Below are positions 60,434 to 64,000 of a stretch of 64,000 nt of DNA, in pieces. A model generated the notes under the pieces. That model saw nothing but the letters and a program-made list of their open reading frames with translations, searched no databases and had not been told where the DNA came from. The translations under genes and the position numbers were made by a program. Position 1 is the stretch's first letter, and every line of letters starts with the position of its first letter. The DNA comes from an uncultured virus (IMG/VR IMGVR_UViG_3300027724_000009) (lineage: Duplodnaviria > Heunggongvirae > Uroviricota > Caudoviricetes). Location of the stretch: the IMG/VR virus record IMGVR_UViG_3300027724_000009. One strand, given 5' to 3'.

Positions 60434-60985
60434 ATGACAAATTCAGAAAGATATACGGTAATTGAAAGAATCTATGCGAATGGAGGTATCTTTAATATCG
60501 ACGTGACAACAGGCCCGGTATTGACTTCAGAGGGAATTGTAATAGACGACGACGTTCAGTTATTTTTAATTGTTGTTGCGGTGGCAGCCGGTATTAATGA
60601 TGCAGATACAAATTTATTGTCGAAAATGAGTGCAAAGTTTGCTACTTTAACTGCAACATTGCCAACTTCTGTTTACATAGATGCAAAAGGTTGCAATAGC
60701 AATACCAATCCGGCAGTTGCAGATGCAGGGATATTCTACCTAAGTCCACAGATTTACGATAATGGCGTCGATCCTCCACAGACTTATAATTTCAATGTGT
60801 TGGTAGTAGATTTTCTGAACAATCACACAGGAATAACAAGATTAACAAGCGGTCACGAGTTGTTTCCGTACTTTGAGGAATACAGAGCAAACCTGCAGTT
60901 GGAAGTTTTAGAAAACGTAATTCCGATAAATTATATCATTTATCACGAAGATACTAACGAATATTTAATAGTAGAAATACTGTAA
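60434..60985 (+). CDS. Hypothetical protein
   Basis: ORF. Confidence 0.6.
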   Translation: MTNSERYTVIERIYANGGIFNIDVTTGPVLTSEGIVIDDDVQLFLIVVAVAAGINDADTNLLSKMSAKFATLTATLPTSVYIDAKGCNSNTNPAVADAGIFYLSPQIYDNGVDPPQTYNFNVLVVDFLNNHTGITRLTSGHELFPYFEEYRANLQLEVLENVIPINYIIYHEDTNEYLIVEIL

Positions 60986-61020
60986 AGTTGCACGATTGAA
61001 AAAAAAGCGTTACTTTTACA

Positions 61021-61125
61021 GTCAGCCGGTCGCTATTGGTTTCAAACTTTGTTGTTGCTAAATTACCTCGTATGATTCCCCCCCGGCACCGGTGAAAATG
61101 CATAGATTAATTCTATGCATTTTTA
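61021..61125 (+). ncRNA. Putative trans-acting small RNA
   Basis: Own promoter at 60988-61020, CCGGT/ACCGG stem, terminator AAAATGCATAGA..TCTATGCATTTT; antisense to leaders. Confidence 0.5.
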
Positions 61126-61175
61126 TTTTGTATAACCGTATAAATTACTATTTTTGTGTAGCAACAATAAAGTAT

Positions 61176-63206
61176 ATGCAAGATTTCACCGAATTATATA
61201 ACGGCCTGAATGCGTTTAGGGAGTTATTCAAGCAAAGAATTTTACCGGAAACTGAAGTTAGTATCAGTGCAAAATTTCTGCGTGGTATAGCGCAAAAAGA
61301 TTATAAAACATGGACTATTGACGAGGCGATACGGCTTCACAATATCATTAAACCATACGGCCTGAAGTTGAAACGTGTAGGGTTTGATATTAGCAAAATT
61401 CCTGTAATACAGATACAGTTATCAGTAGTGAACAGGGATAACGTGGTTCAGCCGGAGCAGAGGAGGCTTATCGGTACCGACGGTAATTTCTTTATCATTA
61501 CGTTTCCGTACCGTAAAGAATTGTACGATGCAGTCAAAAATATACCGAGAGCCAGGTTCATGTACGATACAAAGCGGTGGATAGTTCCGTTGGAATTTGC
61601 GAAAGAGGTAACACATTTTGCCAATGGATATGAGTTTCAGATAGGTGAAAGAGCCATGAACTTAATCAATCTGCAGTACGAGAGCGGTGAGAATATGGAG
61701 TTGTCATACATGACGGAGTACATAGAGTTGAATATTCCACTAAAGAAAAAACTATATCCGTATCAAACCGTTGGTGGTGACTATGTGCGACGGAATAAGC
61801 GTGTGGTTATTGCCGACCAAATGCGACTAGGTAAAACCATGCAATCAATAGCCGGTATTTTGGTTACAAACTCATTTCCCTGCATAGTTATCGTTCCGAA
61901 ATCTTTGAGGCTGAATTGGCAGGATGAGTGGCATGATTGGACAGATAGAAAAGCCATTGTATTAAACCATAAAAACGTAAAGAAATTGCCGGAACTGATA
62001 CGTCAGGGTATGGCAGATGTCGTTATTACGAATTACGACGGCGTACAGTCATTCCTGATAGATGATTTGAAAGAAGTCAACATAACTACCGGCCCGAATG
62101 CAGGAACGAAATATCACAATGCAAAAGGGAATGATTTATGCAATCTTTTTAATTCAGCAATCATTGACGAGGCACATCATTGCAGGAACAAGCAGACGAT
62201 ACGGTACAAGTGTGTGCGTGAAGTATTCAAAGGTAAAGAGGTTCGTATATGCTTAACCGGTTCTCCGATAGTGAAAGGCCCGAAAGATTTGGCCGCACTC
62301 TTTGAACTGATAGGCCGTATTGAGGAGTTCGGAGGATATGACAAATTCATTAAGAAGTACAAAAAAATAGATGCAAAAACATTAGACGACAAAGGTAAGC
62401 AACTGCAGGAACTTCAGGAGTTGAATACAAAAATGCGTTCATTGTGTTTCATCCGTCGGGAACGGCACCAGGTTAATGAGCAGATATCGGAGAAGTTCAG
62501 AAAGGTGATACGAGTGGATTTGGATAATCAGAGCGAGTACGACCATGCTTGGTTATCACTTCAGTCATACATGGCAGAGAGAGCATTCACCACTTCACAG
62601 ATATCGAAAGCATTACAGGCTGAAATGTTGGTTAAAATGGGATTGCTGAAGCAAATTTCTGCGAGAGGTAAATCAGCATCCGTCAAGGAGTTTGTATCTG
62701 AATTGATAGATAACGGAGAGAAAGTGATTATCGGTTGTTGGTACAATGATACCGTTCAGTATTTCAAAGATGCTTTCCGGGAGTATGGAGCCGTTACTAT
62801 CTGCGGCAGAATCGACGGCCATGATATGAAACCTGAAGAAATCCATGAGAACAAGAAAAAGTTTCAGACAGACGATAATACGAAAGTTATTATCATTACT
62901 TATGGAAAGGGTGGTGAGGGACATACATTGAGCAAGGCATCAAGTTTGGTTATGGTTGAATTAGGTTGGACATACAAAGACCAGGCACAAATGGAGGACA
63001 GAGGCATTGCCGTTAATAAAACTGAAGATTTTAACGTGTATGTATTTCTCGGTAAAGATACATTGGATGAGGACACGTATGAGATAATTGATAAACGACG
63101 TGTGATTGAGAAAGAGGCCGTCGGTGGTTCAGAGCACATTGAGAACAGTGAAGAATCTGTAATTTCAGCTATGAAAGATAAAATTCTGAAAAAAATATCG
63201 AAATAG
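61176..63206 (+). CDS. SNF2-family helicase (HARP/SMARCAL1-like)
   Basis: LYPYQ, ADQMRLGKT, IIDEAH, LTGSP, GEGHTL, QMEDR. Confidence 0.92.
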   Translation: MQDFTELYNGLNAFRELFKQRILPETEVSISAKFLRGIAQKDYKTWTIDEAIRLHNIIKPYGLKLKRVGFDISKIPVIQIQLSVVNRDNVVQPEQRRLIGTDGNFFIITFPYRKELYDAVKNIPRARFMYDTKRWIVPLEFAKEVTHFANGYEFQIGERAMNLINLQYESGENMELSYMTEYIELNIPLKKKLYPYQTVGGDYVRRNKRVVIADQMRLGKTMQSIAGILVTNSFPCIVIVPKSLRLNWQDEWHDWTDRKAIVLNHKNVKKLPELIRQGMADVVITNYDGVQSFLIDDLKEVNITTGPNAGTKYHNAKGNDLCNLFNSAIIDEAHHCRNKQTIRYKCVREVFKGKEVRICLTGSPIVKGPKDLAALFELIGRIEEFGGYDKFIKKYKKIDAKTLDDKGKQLQELQELNTKMRSLCFIRRERHQVNEQISEKFRKVIRVDLDNQSEYDHAWLSLQSYMAERAFTTSQISKALQAEMLVKMGLLKQISARGKSASVKEFVSELIDNGEKVIIGCWYNDTVQYFKDAFREYGAVTICGRIDGHDMKPEEIHENKKKFQTDDNTKVIIITYGKGGEGHTLSKASSLVMVELGWTYKDQAQMEDRGIAVNKTEDFNVYVFLGKDTLDEDTYEIIDKRRVIEKEAVGGSEHIENSEESVISAMKDKILKKISK

Positions 63207-63207
63207 A

Positions 63208-63251
63208 TTTGTATAGTTGTATAAATTAATTAGATTTGCATTAGCAACAAC
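63208..63251 (+). promoter_or_regulatory. Promoter with TTGTATA tandem repeat and TAGCAACAAC leader
   Basis: TTTGTATAGTTGTATAAATT..TAGATTTG..TAGCAACAAC. Confidence 0.65.
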
Positions 63252-63296
63252 TTCTTATGAAACTTTTTATTTTTTCACCAATAAACTTTTTTATTT

Positions 63297-64000
63297 ATGG
63301 AACAGATCGTTCAAGAACAACAATGGAACATTGTTGAGGAAACAGATGCGTTGAAGATAGCATCTATTTTAACAGTAATCTTCGGAGATCCCGGCATGGG
63401 AAAGACATCACTTTCAATGCAGAGTGAAGAATCAATTTTATTGGACTTTGACGACGGATTAAAGCGTTCAACAAAACGTAAACGTGCAGTGCAAATGCGT
63501 ACTTTTGCAGGAGCATTGGATTTTATCCGTTCGGAGAAATTTAAGGAATTGAAACCACGTACCGTAATTCTCGATACAGGTGGTACGTTGTTGGACAACT
63601 ACATTGCACACTATGTAATCGAAAATGAAACTGCCAACAAAAAGAAAGGTGGAGGCTTATCACTTCAGGGTTATGGTGCATTGAAAGAGGTATTCAGTCA
63701 GTTTATTAATGAATTGAAACGAATGCAGATTGACATTGTTATCGTATGCCATACGGAACAGTACAAAGACGGTGAAAATCTGCGTTTCCGTCCGAAAATG
63801 ACAGGTGGTAGTTACGATATTCTTATGCAGGTAGCTGATTTGGTTGGTTACATGGAAAGTAAGAATGAGAAACGTACACTGAATTTCAATCCTACTGACC
63901 GTCACATCGGTAAAAATGCACCAAACTTTGCTAATTTCATCATTCCGCATGCAGAAACTATTGAGTTTGACAATTTTTTAGGCCGTATCATTGCTGATGC
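63297..64000 (+). CDS. AAA_24/Sak4-like ATPase (truncated by window end)
   Basis: Read manually: FGDPGMGKTS, LLDFDDG, VILDT, IVCH, ADLVGY. Confidence 0.85.
   Translation, partial: MEQIVQEQQWNIVEETDALKIASILTVIFGDPGMGKTSLSMQSEESILLDFDDGLKRSTKRKRAVQMRTFAGALDFIRSEKFKELKPRTVILDTGGTLLDNYIAHYVIENETANKKKGGGLSLQGYGALKEVFSQFINELKRMQIDIVIVCHTEQYKDGENLRFRPKMTGGSYDILMQVADLVGYMESKNEKRTLNFNPTDRHIGKNAPNFANFIIPHAETIEFDNFLGRIIAD

Noticed and set aside
2200..64000. Apparent excess of CCGG and TGCAG in the backbone
   Set aside because: Impression only; needs k-mer statistics and may reflect codon usage

Overview
This window is a 64-kb slice of a tailed dsDNA phage or prophage with a contractile (myovirus-type) tail. 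All credible genes lie on the + strand. The host is probably Bacteroidota, inferred from TTTG..TAnnTTTG-type promoters and A-rich leaders without Shine-Dalgarno sites. Gene order: (1) 1-2172, an integron-like array of three cassettes (two are DNA methyltransferases) separated by attC-like hairpins; (2) replication/nucleotide genes (RusA-like, DEDDh exonuclease, HD phosphohydrolase, ParB, HNH, TerS-like); (3) a structured ncRNA and a degenerate tRNA; (4) a glycosylation/sulfation operon, possibly for DNA hypermodification (ParB-like, glycosyltransferase split by one in-frame TGA, sulfotransferase, UDP-galactopyranose mutase), then a stand-alone MgsA C-terminal domain and a DUF4942-type methyltransferase; (5) TerL, portal-MuF fusion, head, neck, sheath, tube, chaperone with -1 frameshift, tape measure, baseplate, fibres and amidase; (6) SNF2 helicase and an AAA ATPase cut by the window end. 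The structural module is interrupted by two islands of small genes, each headed by a copy of the same ~280-bp hairpin promoter element. Several short intergenic RNAs carry segments antisense to motifs shared by the 5' leaders of many phage genes. All calls come from reading motifs by eye; no database searches were run.
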